Source: an uncultured Gammaproteobacteria bacterium (GTDB lineage: Bacteria > Patescibacteriota > Microgenomatia > Levybacterales > GWA1-39-11). Taken from it: a stretch of 64,000 bases of DNA. A program made the translations under genes and the position numbers. Under the pieces are notes generated by a model, which was not told the origin of the DNA, did no database searches, and worked only from the letters and a program-made list of their open reading frames with translations. The stretch spans positions 1,313 through 65,312 of the forward strand of contig CAYPEN010000001.1 of NCBI GenBank assembly GCA_964409875.1. The letters are read 5' to 3'. Shown piece after piece: positions 9,766 through 20,568 of the stretch (position 1 is the stretch's first letter; each line of letters begins with the position of its first letter).

Positions 9766-10758
9766 ATGGTAAGAATAATTATTATTGTACTAATATCTCT
9801 TGGAATTGGTTTTGTTTTGGGTAAATATGTATTCACTGCCAAGAGTTCATCGGTGCAAGCTCTTCCGGAAAAAGATCTGCGGGAGGTAAGAGAAAGTGGA
9901 TATAAGTTCATTAGCCCCCTATTGGAATGTGAAACCGGAAAGGATTATTACAAGCTCAACGGGCTTGATTCCCTGCAAAAAGAAGTAGAGGATTTCGTAA
10001 CCAAAGAGAAAAGTGTTGGAACTATTACCGACGCTGCGGTTTATTTTCGTGATCTTAATAACGGGCCATGGTTTGGGGTAAATGAGCATGTAGCATTCTC
10101 ACCTGCGAGCCTTCTGAAGCTTCCTGTGATGATGGCTTATTATAAGAAAGCAGAATCCGATCCAGAATTCTTAAAAAAGAAGGTTACATATGAGGCAAAA
10201 GATGCACTTCTAGGTCAAAATATTGCTCCTAAAGAGTCATTGCAAATAGGAAAATCCTATACTTTCGAAGAATTACTCGAGAGGATGATGGTATATTCGG
10301 ATAATGCTGCATTAACTCTTCTCGAGGATAATATCGATCCAAAGCTTATTGATAAAGTAACTCTTGATCTTGGGGTTGAGACAGCAAATGAAACTACACC
10401 TGTTAATTTTATGAGCGTGAAGGGGTACGCTGGACTTTTCCGAATACTTTATAATGCCTCATATCTTGAAAAAGAATTTTCAGAGAAGACACTTCAGATT
10501 TTGAGCAATTCAGAATTTATGAATGGAATTGTAGCCGGTGTGCCGAAAGACGTGGTTGTTTCACACAAATTTGGGGAACGGCAGCTGGAGGAAAATTCAT
10601 TCCAGCTTCATGACTGCGGAATTGTATATTACTCAAAGGGCCCATACCTAATATGCATTATGTCTCGAGGAAATTCAATGCAAAATCTCGAGCAATTTAT
10701 AAGTAAAATTTCGGAAATTACCTATAACGGCATTCAAAAGCGGAGAGATTCAAAGTAG
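9766..10758 (+). CDS. Membrane-anchored serine hydrolase, class A beta-lactamase-like
   Basis: N-terminal TM; SxxK (PASLLK), SDN and HKFG motifs. Confidence 0.85.
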   Translation: MVRIIIIVLISLGIGFVLGKYVFTAKSSSVQALPEKDLREVRESGYKFISPLLECETGKDYYKLNGLDSLQKEVEDFVTKEKSVGTITDAAVYFRDLNNGPWFGVNEHVAFSPASLLKLPVMMAYYKKAESDPEFLKKKVTYEAKDALLGQNIAPKESLQIGKSYTFEELLERMMVYSDNAALTLLEDNIDPKLIDKVTLDLGVETANETTPVNFMSVKGYAGLFRILYNASYLEKEFSEKTLQILSNSEFMNGIVAGVPKDVVVSHKFGERQLEENSFQLHDCGIVYYSKGPYLICIMSRGNSMQNLEQFISKISEITYNGIQKRRDSK

Positions 10759-10791
10759 CCGGAAAATCTAATTGACAGCCAATAGGCGCGG

Positions 10792-10809
10792 GAATATATT
10801 GTAAGAATG
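10792..10809 (+). promoter_or_regulatory. -10 region of a leaderless sigma70 promoter
   Basis: TTGACA (10772) - 17 nt - TATATT - 6 nt - ATG. Confidence 0.65.
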
Positions 10810-11766
10810 CACCGGTTCTTGACAATAGGTTCTGTTGTCGTTTTTATTACGAGTCTTGCAATTAACGCTTATTTTTTTAACTCCTATGTAAAAACCCTGG
10901 GGCTTGTGAAAAGCCAGAAAAATTACGAGGAAAATCTTCAGAAATATCCGTTTCTTGCATCCCGTACGCTCATGGATAAGCATGGAGATTTTTTGCTTAA
11001 TTTCCTTGATTTGAGGGAAAAGTTACACCAAATGGCAGACCCCTTGGGGGACAAAATTGAACTTTATTTTGAGTATCTTCCTACAGGCACTTCAATTGGC
11101 ATTAATTCAGGCAACAATTTCTTTGCTGCCTCGCTTTTCAAACTTCCGGTGGTGATGGCATACTTCAGGCATAAAGAGAAGGTGACATCAGCGCAAGATT
11201 ATAAAGTAAAACTTACGAAAGATATGCTTGACAACCGGTTTGGGGATTTATGGCAGAAGGGGGAAGGGTATGAGCTTGACTTAAATGAAGCAGCACGTCT
11301 TGCTCTTGAAAAATCGGACAACACGGCCGCAAAAGCGCTTGGAACAGTTATAACTCAGGACGATTTTGATGATGTATATTTGGGGGTTGATGTTGACCTT
11401 CAGATTGCAAGCGAAGGAGCGGTCATGACTACAAAGAAATATTCCTCAATCCTCAAGGCGTTATACTTTTCTGCAGTTCTCACCAGGGAGGATTCCCAGA
11501 CAATTCTTGATTATCTTTCCCACTCCGAATTTAACGATAAGCTTGTCGCAGGTATACCAAAAGATGTTACTGTGGCGCACAAAATAGGTGTTATTGATGA
11601 AAAGTCTTATATGGATTGCGGAATAGTATATGTGCCCTATAGACCTTATATGCTGTGCATGGTATCAAGCGGAACAGAGGAAGAAGCACGTGTGCGCATG
11701 AGCAGGATTTCCAAAACCATCTATGAATATGTCGTCAGTGCAAAAAGTCCGGCTCCGGAAAATTAG
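10807..11766 (+). CDS. Membrane-anchored serine hydrolase, class A beta-lactamase-like (paralog)
   Basis: AASLFK, SDN and HKIG motifs; N-terminal TM. Confidence 0.85.
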   Translation: MHRFLTIGSVVVFITSLAINAYFFNSYVKTLGLVKSQKNYEENLQKYPFLASRTLMDKHGDFLLNFLDLREKLHQMADPLGDKIELYFEYLPTGTSIGINSGNNFFAASLFKLPVVMAYFRHKEKVTSAQDYKVKLTKDMLDNRFGDLWQKGEGYELDLNEAARLALEKSDNTAAKALGTVITQDDFDDVYLGVDVDLQIASEGAVMTTKKYSSILKALYFSAVLTREDSQTILDYLSHSEFNDKLVAGIPKDVTVAHKIGVIDEKSYMDCGIVYVPYRPYMLCMVSSGTEEEARVRMSRISKTIYEYVVSAKSPAPEN

Positions 11767-11811
11767 GAATTCTTGACAGGTAACTTCTCCTTTTTCTATA
11801 GTAGAACTACC

Positions 11812-12570
11812 ATGAAAAAGCCTGCCCTTAAGAAGAGCTCCAAAGAAAAAGAAGATATTTCCAAAATTGTTTCAGAAATTGTTGAGGAGAACGAGAAAGA
11901 AGAGAGGGAAGATGAGGTTGCAGAAATTCCTGTGGAGCTTGATGAGAGTGAAAAGGAGACCGAGGTAACAGAGGAAAATAAGGAAGGAGTCGGTGAGCCG
12001 GAGAATGAAGAACAAGCCGATGAAGTAACTAGGAGATCTTCATTTTACGAGAAGGTGATGGGGGAGAAGCCTCCTGAACGGCGGGATGAGGTGAAAGAGG
12101 AAAAAAAAGAGCGGTCAATTAACACAAAGCTATTCCTGCTTGGTGCTTTTGTTTTTGTTCTCACCGTTCTTATTGCTTCAATGGCGGGATTGGCAATACT
12201 CAATAAAGACATGCTTTTTACCCAGCTTTCAAAGAAAACTGTAAAGCCTACGCCAACCGCCGCACTACCTACCCCTACGCCATTTGCAATCCAACGCGAC
12301 AAATGGCAATTTGAAGTTCTGAACGGAAGTGATACACCAGGAGTGGCGGCAAAAGGTTCAGAAAAAGTAAAAGCATTAGGTTACAAAGTTACTAAAGTAG
12401 GGAATACCGATGCAACAGTAGATGCTGCACAAATTTCTTTCTCAAAAGACGCAAATGAGGAAGAAAAGAATGCAATTTTAAAAGACCTAAAGCCCGAATT
12501 CGGGGATGTTGCAGTAGGCGAAGCGCTTTCTGATACGGAAAAGACAGTCCGTCTAATCCTTATAAAATAA
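11812..12570 (+). CDS. LytR C-terminal domain membrane protein
   Basis: Acidic N-terminus, TM, PT linker, EVLNGS..PGVAAK motif; start moved to the ATG after the promoter. Confidence 0.75.
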   Translation: MKKPALKKSSKEKEDISKIVSEIVEENEKEEREDEVAEIPVELDESEKETEVTEENKEGVGEPENEEQADEVTRRSSFYEKVMGEKPPERRDEVKEEKKERSINTKLFLLGAFVFVLTVLIASMAGLAILNKDMLFTQLSKKTVKPTPTAALPTPTPFAIQRDKWQFEVLNGSDTPGVAAKGSEKVKALGYKVTKVGNTDATVDAAQISFSKDANEEEKNAILKDLKPEFGDVAVGEALSDTEKTVRLILIK

Positions 12571-12663
12571 GCTTCTTTTGCTCTTACGCATTCAGCGGCA
12601 AGTGAACAAGTGTAACTCTTTTCCTTGACAGTATCCTTTTTCAACGGGTATTATTATCAAGCC

Positions 12664-13581
12664 ATGAAAAAAGCTGCCCGCAAGAAGAAGGAATCTTTTT
12701 TTGAGTCCACTTCGACGAAGCATGGGTACGGCGAGAAAGTTGAAGAACAAATTGCAGAAGTTGTCGTTCCACAGGAGGAAAAAAAGATGAAAGGCACGTT
12801 TTTTGGCCGGTTTTCAAGCAAGCGTTTTCAAATAGGCGCATTTCTCCTACTCTCATTTATCATCGTTGCAGTGCTGGTAGGATATAACTGGCTGCAAAAT
12901 GGAAAACAGACTGTCGGAACAGATGGAAAATTAAATTCGGCTGCTGTTAAGGCTCTGATTGACGAAGTAGCAGATAAAATGGAACTTCCTCAAAATGAAA
13001 CTCCTACTATTGCAACCGTTACCGATGTTACAAAACTTGCCGACCAGCCGTTTTTCAGAAATGCAAAAAATGGCGACAAGGTGATGATTTATGGTTCGAC
13101 AAAGGAAGCAATTCTGTACCGCCCCTCTAATCACAAAATTATCGCGGTTGCACCCATCAATGCAACTGCAAATCCTACCGGTACACCTGTAGCCCAAGCA
13201 ACAAATGTGACCGGTACCCCTACTGTTTCTGTTACACCCTCAGTTTCAGTTACCCCAACTCCCACAAAAGAGGCTGAAAAATTGAAAGTTGTGGTGCTTA
13301 ATAGTACTAAAACAGCGGGTCTTGCCAAAAAAGCTGCTGATATGCTGGATAAGGAGAAATTCAATGTATTAAGTACCTCAAATGCCCAAGGAGAATATAA
13401 AACAACCAGCGTTTCAAGCGTTTCAAAAGACAAGAAGGTTACCGATTCGGACCTTAAATCAATTGCAGCGACATTTTCCAAAGTAAAAGCAAACGTTTCG
13501 TCACTTCCATCTGGCGAAGCTGCACCTGCAGGTGCTGATGTGGTTGTAATTGTGGGTAGTGACTTCTCCGATTCATATTAA
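12664..13581 (+). CDS. LytR C-terminal domain membrane protein
   Basis: TM, CPR-type middle domain, VVVLNST..AGLAK...DVVVIVGSD. Confidence 0.8.
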   Translation: MKKAARKKKESFFESTSTKHGYGEKVEEQIAEVVVPQEEKKMKGTFFGRFSSKRFQIGAFLLLSFIIVAVLVGYNWLQNGKQTVGTDGKLNSAAVKALIDEVADKMELPQNETPTIATVTDVTKLADQPFFRNAKNGDKVMIYGSTKEAILYRPSNHKIIAVAPINATANPTGTPVAQATNVTGTPTVSVTPSVSVTPTPTKEAEKLKVVVLNSTKTAGLAKKAADMLDKEKFNVLSTSNAQGEYKTTSVSSVSKDKKVTDSDLKSIAATFSKVKANVSSLPSGEAAPAGADVVVIVGSDFSDSY

Positions 13582-13637
13582 CCGTATTAACCCTCATTGA
13601 ATCGAACCTAATTTTCTTCTAGAATGAGATTAGCTTC

Positions 13638-14033
13638 ATGAATTTTTTTAAGGAAAATTACCGAGTTTTTGTTGTTTTTGGGATTCCACTGGCCGTACTT
13701 TTCATTGTTATTGTTCTTCACAAAGACAAACCCGTCAAAAAAGATGTAGCTACATCATTCAAGGAAGCAGTTACTTTTCCAAATAATCCCGAATTGATAA
13801 AAAAAAGTATCTCTGATGTCAGCAATCTTGTGGAGATTCCCGACGAGAGTCAGGCAAAAGTCTTTGAGGTTGTTGATGTCAAATCACTTCGTGTAAGGAG
13901 CCCGATTTTTAAGAAAGCTTATCCTCATGATTTTGTTGTTCTTCTGCCTGATAAAACTATAATATATGACCCTTCGACTAAGACCGTGAGGGATATTTCG
14001 AGTAAAGTATTCTATGATGAATTTTCAAATTGA
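13638..14033 (+). CDS. Hypothetical membrane-anchored protein, paralogous to the middle domain of 12664..13581
   Basis: VSNLVEIP...IFKKAYPHD...IIYDPS resembles VADKMELP...FFRNAKNGD...ILYRPS. Confidence 0.7.
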   Translation: MNFFKENYRVFVVFGIPLAVLFIVIVLHKDKPVKKDVATSFKEAVTFPNNPELIKKSISDVSNLVEIPDESQAKVFEVVDVKSLRVRSPIFKKAYPHDFVVLLPDKTIIYDPSTKTVRDISSKVFYDEFSN

Positions 14034-15876
14034 TAAAACAACAATCTTTGTAATAAGAACGATGGGAGGATTGAGACTTTTAACAATAGTGTCTTTTGTC
14101 TTCTGTCTATTGTTTTTTTTCCCTTCAAAAGCTCATGCTGCTGTCAAGACATGGAATCCAACAGGCTGTGCTAGTTCGAGTTGGAATGTGGCAGGTAACT
14201 GGTCGGGAGGATTACCGGGGACTGCAGATGTTGCGACATTTGACGGGGCGACAAGTAACTGTCCTGTAACCGTTAATGCTTCTATTGATGTTGGCGGAAT
14301 TAATATTACCGGCGGGTATACAGGCACAATTACTCAAGGAAATGGAAACAGTATCAATATCAGAGCATCAGGATTTACTCAGAATGCATCGTCAAGCACA
14401 TTTATTGGTGGTGATGCGACGAGCAATATAACTCTTGACAGTAATGGTGGAGATTTTACGCTCACAGCGGGCACTTTTACAGCCAGCGGCGGAACTTTTC
14501 TATTTCATGATAACTTTACAATCAATGGGGGTACTTTTAACAGTAATTCAGGGAAGGTAGAGGAGCTGGCAAGTGCGGACAGTACGGCAACAATTACAGG
14601 TTCTGCTTCATTTTACGATTTTCAATTGGATAATGACGGAGGAAATGAAACAGTAACTTTTGCAGCCGGAACAACTATAACTGTTACCCATACCCTTTAT
14701 TTGAATGATACAACAGGAGGGTTTGGAGGGACTTATATTACCGGAAGCGGAGGAATAACAGCTCTTGGGGATATTTCAACGACAGATGGTTCTTCCTCTG
14801 CCGATGCCGGGGGAATCGGAGGGGATGCGACTGTAACTATAAGAGGAACGGGCAATCAAAATTTAATTGGAATGAATACCGGAAGAGGAAGGTTTCCTTC
14901 TCTTGTGATCAACAAACCATCAGGAACACTCAATATAACAGGAAATTTTTATGGTGGAAATTTTACCTATACAGCTGGGTCGTACAATATAAATACAAGC
15001 TCTTTTAATCTCCAAGGAAGCGTTGGTATCACTGGTTCTTTTACTTTTTACGACTTGGATATCGATAACGGTCAATGTACGAATGATACTATGACTGTCG
15101 CAAGCGGAACGACAATAACAGTCACCCACAAACTGTATCTTGATGATGATAGTACGGGTTGTGGAGGATTGTCGCTTAATGGGCCTGGCGTTTTTGTTGT
15201 TACGGGAGATATAGACACAAATACGACTGATGGGATAGGCGGGGATATTGCCATTACACTAAGTGGTGGAGCTGACCAAACGATAAAACAAGGATCATCA
15301 GGTAGTTTTCCTTCCGGAACTTTTACCATAAATAAATCAGCAGGAACTGTGACGCTTGTTTCTCCACTTGTCCTTAATTCTTCCGGTCAGGATATGGTTA
15401 TTTCTGCAGGTATTTTCAATGTCTCAAGTTACAATCTCACAATAAACGATATCTTGACTATTTCCGGGCAGCTGATTCAAACGACGGGGAATTTGACTAC
15501 CGGGAGTGTCTCTGTCGGTTCAAAAGGGGTATGGCAGAATAATTCTTCAGGCAGTATCACCTTAGGAGGAAATGTCTCAAATTCCGGATACATTCATCTT
15601 GATGGAGGAGGGTCTGCATGTGGTGACAGCGACCCGCTTCAAATCCTTTCAAGCTCAAATGGGGTACAAAGGACTTGGTCAGGAGCCGGGACATTTGTTT
15701 TGGACGATTTGAATGTGAAGGATCAGGGAGGAACAATAACTGCATACAGCAGCACATCTGTGAGCGGGAATGGGTGGACTTTTAATTCAGGCTGTCCGGC
15801 GTATTCCAATAGGACTGATGTAAAGGTAAGTGGTGGGACAAAGATAACGGGCGGTACAAAATTGAAAAGTCTTTAG
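14014..15876 (+). CDS. Secreted G/T/S/N-rich beta-helix adhesin-like protein
   Basis: Signal peptide ending AHA; WN...NWSGG.PG motif; internal repeat; the start may instead be 14062. Confidence 0.7.
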   Translation: MMNFQIDKTTIFVIRTMGGLRLLTIVSFVFCLLFFFPSKAHAAVKTWNPTGCASSSWNVAGNWSGGLPGTADVATFDGATSNCPVTVNASIDVGGINITGGYTGTITQGNGNSINIRASGFTQNASSSTFIGGDATSNITLDSNGGDFTLTAGTFTASGGTFLFHDNFTINGGTFNSNSGKVEELASADSTATITGSASFYDFQLDNDGGNETVTFAAGTTITVTHTLYLNDTTGGFGGTYITGSGGITALGDISTTDGSSSADAGGIGGDATVTIRGTGNQNLIGMNTGRGRFPSLVINKPSGTLNITGNFYGGNFTYTAGSYNINTSSFNLQGSVGITGSFTFYDLDIDNGQCTNDTMTVASGTTITVTHKLYLDDDSTGCGGLSLNGPGVFVVTGDIDTNTTDGIGGDIAITLSGGADQTIKQGSSGSFPSGTFTINKSAGTVTLVSPLVLNSSGQDMVISAGIFNVSSYNLTINDILTISGQLIQTTGNLTTGSVSVGSKGVWQNNSSGSITLGGNVSNSGYIHLDGGGSACGDSDPLQILSSSNGVQRTWSGAGTFVLDDLNVKDQGGTITAYSSTSVSGNGWTFNSGCPAYSNRTDVKVSGGTKITGGTKLKSL

Positions 15877-18635
15877 CTTCTTGTTGCCCGGGCATTTGCC
15901 GCCCAGAGGAAGATATTGATAAGTGAAATTACAATAAAGGGGAGTACTTTTAACCACCCAAATTCAAGGACAAAAAGGAATTCAACGGCCATTGTCAAAA
16001 AGAGAAATGTTTCAAAGAGGGTGCCTGAAATGTAACTTATGTACCAATAAAGCACTTCAAACCCGAATCCTTTTGGCTTATTCAGTTGAGAAAGTTGTAC
16101 CTCAATTTTGTTATCCAACTTTTCCTTACCGATACTAAGCACGGTATTGCGGAAGCCTTTTTTAGAAACAGTTACCTTTACTGTCGTTGCATCTTGTATG
16201 TTGGTGAAAAACTCACCGTCCGAATTGGTTGTTGTGTGTGTTATTACTTTTCCGTTAGGGTGCGAAATGTAAAGTAGTGCTCCGGGTATCACTTCCCCTC
16301 CCGGTGTGAGGACTGTCCCATGAAGCGGATACGTATGGGTGGATTTTCCGATAATTCGTCCTACAAAATATAGGCAAAAATATGGCAATTTAGTTAAGGG
16401 AACGCTCAATTTCCGGGCAGTGGAAATGGTGAGGAGTCCAACTAAAAGGAGTGCAGTGGAGAAAGCTAGAAAATCAAAAAAACGGATAGATTTTCTGAGG
16501 GTGTGAATGTACTCTTTAATAAGCGTTGCCACATCAACGACCGTTGCGGTCGTGTATTTGGCATACGCTAACACACTGAAAGGGAGAGGTTTTAGCTCAA
16601 CTGTCGGATAATTTGAAGATGTTGCATTTATCTCAAAATCAACCGTTTTATCCTCAAACCCTATGGCTGTTACCTCCGCTCTGTATTTGCCCGTTGGCAA
16701 AACGCTTGCAACAGTTCCATCAACGTCAGAATAATTTGGATTCTTCACAGGAGTAATATCTGAAGTGAGCTTGTCATATATTTTGAGGCGAGTGTTATAG
16801 AAAGAGAATGTTACTTTTGCACGTTCAATTGGGTCTTTAGAAGCAGCGTTGATAACACGGAAAGAGGGGACTGTTTGAATTGTGGAGAGGGTTTCCTCCG
16901 TTATATTCCCGTTGAAGTCCTGAATTTGTATGACGAGGTGGTACGTCCCCGGTTCAACATTGGATTGCAGTTTGCCGATATATTCACCCGGAGCAATTTC
17001 CGTAATTTCGACAAAATCGTTGCTGGCATATGCTTGAAAAGAGGCAAGCCCCAACACTTTATCGTTTCTGATAATTGCTTTTATCGACTTTATTTTCTCA
17101 TATGATGCGACCGAGAATTTGAATGAATATGTAGTGTTGCGGGGAATTATAACAATAGGTCTTGTGGTTACTGCTCTTAATGGGTCTGTTAATACTACGT
17201 CATTGCTGGTCAAAATAAGTGAATTGGCCAAAATTTGAGGTGGCGTAGACGGGAGGGCAGTATCAATCACGTAAAAATCGGACACTGTATTTTTGCCGTC
17301 TTTATCTACGACCGTTACTTTATAGTAGTAACGTGTTGCAGGGGAAAGAGCAGAGAGGTGAATAATGTGCTCGGTAGAGAGAGTGTTTGAAGCGGCAGTT
17401 TTTGAAAGCGATTTTAGTGATGTCCCGTATTGAATTTTTGCAGTCGTGTTTTTATCTGTCACGACTAAGATTGCCGCCTCAGATGAGCTTACCGTCCGAA
17501 GCTGAATGTCATTGATAACAGGAGCTTTTGTGGGTGATGACGCTTGAGTTGGAGTGGGAGTGGGCGTTGAAGTTGCAGATGTTGCAGTCGAAGAGCTTGA
17601 ACTTGAGGAAGATGTAGACCCCGGAGTGGGGGTTGGTGTTACGGGCGTACTATATTGAAAGGTGGAAGTTACCGTCGAATCGGCTGTAACTGTGCCGGGT
17701 CCGTAGGTCCGGCCATTAACGGTAAAAGTGACGGGTAAGGCTCCAGTATAGGAGGCGTTGGTTTTTAGCTTAAAACTTACCGTTTGATCCGTTGTTAAAC
17801 CCGGAATAGCCGAAATTGTCCAATCTATTTTACGGTTAACGCTATCAACAACGGGAGGAGAACTGTTGTAGCCATTTGTTGCGCTCCCAACTACATAATC
17901 GAGAAGGTCAACGGTTGGCGTTGCTCCTCCCTGTACCGTGCCCAAATCCCAACTGGCCTCAACCGTAATGTCGGCCGGATAGGTAAGAAGATTTCCGTAT
18001 GTTAACGAGTAGGTAAGTGTGGTGTTTTGAGCGAAGGTGGCATTCGTCGGGTCTGAAAGCGCGAGGTCTGCGGAAAAGTCAGTAGGATTAGCGGCTACTG
18101 TTGCCGTAACACTTATGGAGTCATTGGTAACAATAGGAATACCATATGCATGGTAGTCGACCACCTGGTTTGACACATTCATAGTGCGTAGAATTCCTAC
18201 GTACGTGCCTGTTGAGGAGGGTGTGGTCAACGTGTTATTTGAGGCAAAATTGAAGCAGTATTCAGTCCCAGTAGACAAGTCATTTATGGGAAATGTGACA
18301 ATCTGACCAGAAACAGTCGTGGCAGTTGTGATGCCGGGCATGGCAACTGCGCCTGATGGGAGATTTGAGGTAGTGACAGTCCAATTTGAAGCAGTTTGGT
18401 TAACCGTAAAGCCGGTTGGAAAAACAACCTGTATCTGTGTTTCGGCTCCTGCAGTTTCAGGAGTGGCGCAAACCAACCCACCTGTTGAGCGTGAAATAGC
18501 AGTTCTATCAAGCCTCACAAGCGTACCTAAATCGCCAGCATACACCTCCCCCGTGAGTAGAGGAATAATAAATGAAACCAGGGTAAGTCCCAGAAAAAAA
18601 AGGGCAGACTTTTTCACCTTCCTTAATAATAGCAT
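15873..18635 (-). CDS. Large membrane protein with Ig/Fn3-like and carboxypeptidase-regulatory-like domains
   Basis: Signal peptide, S/T/P linker, LSPATRYYY Fn3 motif, C-terminal TMs. Confidence 0.75.
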   Translation of the reverse strand: MLLLRKVKKSALFFLGLTLVSFIIPLLTGEVYAGDLGTLVRLDRTAISRSTGGLVCATPETAGAETQIQVVFPTGFTVNQTASNWTVTTSNLPSGAVAMPGITTATTVSGQIVTFPINDLSTGTEYCFNFASNNTLTTPSSTGTYVGILRTMNVSNQVVDYHAYGIPIVTNDSISVTATVAANPTDFSADLALSDPTNATFAQNTTLTYSLTYGNLLTYPADITVEASWDLGTVQGGATPTVDLLDYVVGSATNGYNSSPPVVDSVNRKIDWTISAIPGLTTDQTVSFKLKTNASYTGALPVTFTVNGRTYGPGTVTADSTVTSTFQYSTPVTPTPTPGSTSSSSSSSSTATSATSTPTPTPTQASSPTKAPVINDIQLRTVSSSEAAILVVTDKNTTAKIQYGTSLKSLSKTAASNTLSTEHIIHLSALSPATRYYYKVTVVDKDGKNTVSDFYVIDTALPSTPPQILANSLILTSNDVVLTDPLRAVTTRPIVIIPRNTTYSFKFSVASYEKIKSIKAIIRNDKVLGLASFQAYASNDFVEITEIAPGEYIGKLQSNVEPGTYHLVIQIQDFNGNITEETLSTIQTVPSFRVINAASKDPIERAKVTFSFYNTRLKIYDKLTSDITPVKNPNYSDVDGTVASVLPTGKYRAEVTAIGFEDKTVDFEINATSSNYPTVELKPLPFSVLAYAKYTTATVVDVATLIKEYIHTLRKSIRFFDFLAFSTALLLVGLLTISTARKLSVPLTKLPYFCLYFVGRIIGKSTHTYPLHGTVLTPGGEVIPGALLYISHPNGKVITHTTTNSDGEFFTNIQDATTVKVTVSKKGFRNTVLSIGKEKLDNKIEVQLSQLNKPKGFGFEVLYWYISYISGTLFETFLFLTMAVEFLFVLEFGWLKVLPFIVISLINIFLWAANARATRS

Positions 18636-18775
18636 TTATAATCTTCTTACTCTAATTTGCAGCTTTCAATGCTGCAAATTAAGTCTAGAAGAGTCAATAC
18701 CCGACTGATTTATGTATAAAAAGGGTATATGGGTGTTTTCTTGACAAGTTTTTTTGAATTTGAGCATAATGGGAC

Positions 18776-19453
18776 ATGACGAGAAAAGATGAGGGTTCTT
18801 TCTTCTTCGAGAACACGCTTGAGAAAGAAAAAGAAGAGCTCCAGAAATTAGAGAAAAAAGGAGCTAAAAAGGTACTTCGCTGGTACGATTTCGGTGCCTC
18901 AAAGCTTCGCGATGAGATAAAAAAGCATCCTGCCCAGTACTTTTTCCTTTTCATTTCTACCTTTTTAGGGTCTGTTGTGACCTCAAGTCTTGCATTTCTA
19001 GGGTTCACGGGCAATCTTTTGACACTTTTTGTGCCAAAGTCATCTACTCCAAAAGTTCAGGCTGTACAGGAATTGCAAATTTCCCAAAAGTCTGTTGAAA
19101 GCAATAAGTACGACCCACTACTTTTAGCTTCAAAACTCCGTAAGAATGAGGCTGATATAGAGATTGTTGATATACGAAGTGGTGCGGAGTTTCAGAAAGG
19201 ACATATTCTTCATGCTCAGAACGTGCCTGTGTACGACACTGCGCTTATCACAAAAACCGGAGGGGTAGACCAAGAAGGAATAAAAAAAGCGTTTAAAGAC
19301 TTTATGGGGACGCCGAAATTACTCATTGTATATGCTCACAGTTCGTATTCCACGCTGCCTTCCGATATTGCCGCAATTTTAAATAGTGATGCCAAAAAAG
19401 TGAAGGCTTTGGCTGTTGGATGGGAAGAGTGGCTGCAACTTCAAGGTAAATGA
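18776..19453 (+). CDS. Rhodanese-like domain membrane protein
   Basis: IVDIRSGAEFQKGHILHAQNVP ... LAVGWEEW; no catalytic Cys visible. Confidence 0.75.
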   Translation: MTRKDEGSFFFENTLEKEKEELQKLEKKGAKKVLRWYDFGASKLRDEIKKHPAQYFFLFISTFLGSVVTSSLAFLGFTGNLLTLFVPKSSTPKVQAVQELQISQKSVESNKYDPLLLASKLRKNEADIEIVDIRSGAEFQKGHILHAQNVPVYDTALITKTGGVDQEGIKKAFKDFMGTPKLLIVYAHSSYSTLPSDIAAILNSDAKKVKALAVGWEEWLQLQGK

Positions 19454-19661
19454 TCCCCGGTCAGTAAATTTCAGTGGCTTAAATCGCATTTTTTTCTGTT
19501 TTGAGCTCAAATCTGGTAAAGTGTCTCATAATATTATCGTATATCTCATAATATGATTTATACACACGATATCCACAGTCCTGGAGTAAATCTTACTGTT
19601 AGATTCAAAAGATTATTACGGGATTATTGAATTATTTTTTTAACACAATATAATTTCTTTT

Positions 19662-20327
19662 ATGGCATATCCTGAGAACGAAGGACACGATATCCGACTT
19701 GGTGAAGGGAGAAACGCTGCATTTTATCGTCTGCGTGGGAGGTATGCTGAAGAAATGGAATCCATTTTACATAGCTCTTTTGGAGAAAATCTCATCACTG
19801 CAGAACGTATTTTTTCGATGTTCTTAAAGCGCGGCCATGTACCTCACCCAACACATCTTCTTAATGAAGAGGGAAAAGTTGAGCCAGAGTTATCATTTGG
19901 AATTGCCCTTCTTGCTTCAAAAGAGCTGGTCGGGAATAGGTTGGCGGCAATTGGAAGGGTTTTGGAGGCTGGTGTTGAAGAGCCCATTGCTTTACCTGTT
20001 ACCGATGATTTGCCTCAATTTACGACTCTTATGAGAAGCATGTTTCCGCCTGAAGCAGATGCCCAGGTAATGGGTATTTGCCAAAATGGGCTGCAAGACG
20101 GATGGAATACTGTTCTAAATCTTTTGGGGAGCCAAGACGTTCCATTGGCAATGTTTCCGAAGTCTTTAGGGCAACATTTAAAGAGGAAAACTGAGGAATT
20201 ATATCCTCACACCAGTGGCATCGTGCTTCCCACTGCAATTTCCGGGGTGCAGGCTCATTATGAATATAATTCGGAATTTGCTCTTCCCTATGTCTCGCTT
20301 ACTATCGAACCATCTAAAGCCGCCTGA
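19662..20327 (+). CDS. Hypothetical protein
   Basis: 221-aa ORF with TATAAT 7 nt before ATG. Confidence 0.65.
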   Translation: MAYPENEGHDIRLGEGRNAAFYRLRGRYAEEMESILHSSFGENLITAERIFSMFLKRGHVPHPTHLLNEEGKVEPELSFGIALLASKELVGNRLAAIGRVLEAGVEEPIALPVTDDLPQFTTLMRSMFPPEADAQVMGICQNGLQDGWNTVLNLLGSQDVPLAMFPKSLGQHLKRKTEELYPHTSGIVLPTAISGVQAHYEYNSEFALPYVSLTIEPSKAA

Positions 20328-20352
20328 ACTTAAAAATTAGAAATACGGTTCA

Positions 20353-20495
20353 TATGACGAGAATGGCGCGTTCGCTTGTCCGCTATGCAGGTAAACAAGT
20401 TTGTTCTCGTCCCAAATTTACTTTGTAAATTTATGCCGAAAATAAAACAAGTTTGTTCTCGTCCCAAAAAACTACGTTTTTTGTGCCGAGAATAG
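20353..20495. repeat. 52-bp-period tandem units carrying degenerate copies of the tRNA-Tyr 3' end
   Basis: aaacaagtttgttctcgtcccaaa at 20393 and 20445; tRNA-end remnants at 20353 and 20431. Confidence 0.75.
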
Positions 20496-20568
20496 GATTC
20501 GAACCTATGTAGCCCAAACGGGCGACAGATTTACAGTCTGTTACGATTGACCGCTCCGTCATCTCGGC
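20484..20568 (-). tRNA. tRNA-Tyr(GUA)
   Basis: Cloverleaf GCCGAGA...ACAGA-CT-GTA-AA-TCTGT, long variable arm, TTCGAAT T-loop; CCA not encoded. Confidence 0.95.

Noticed and set aside
9766-11766. Bona fide antibiotic-resistance beta-lactamases
   Set aside because: They are membrane-anchored, have KFG/KIG rather than KTG, and sit beside LytR_C genes; cell-wall serine hydrolases are more likely and resistance cannot be supported.
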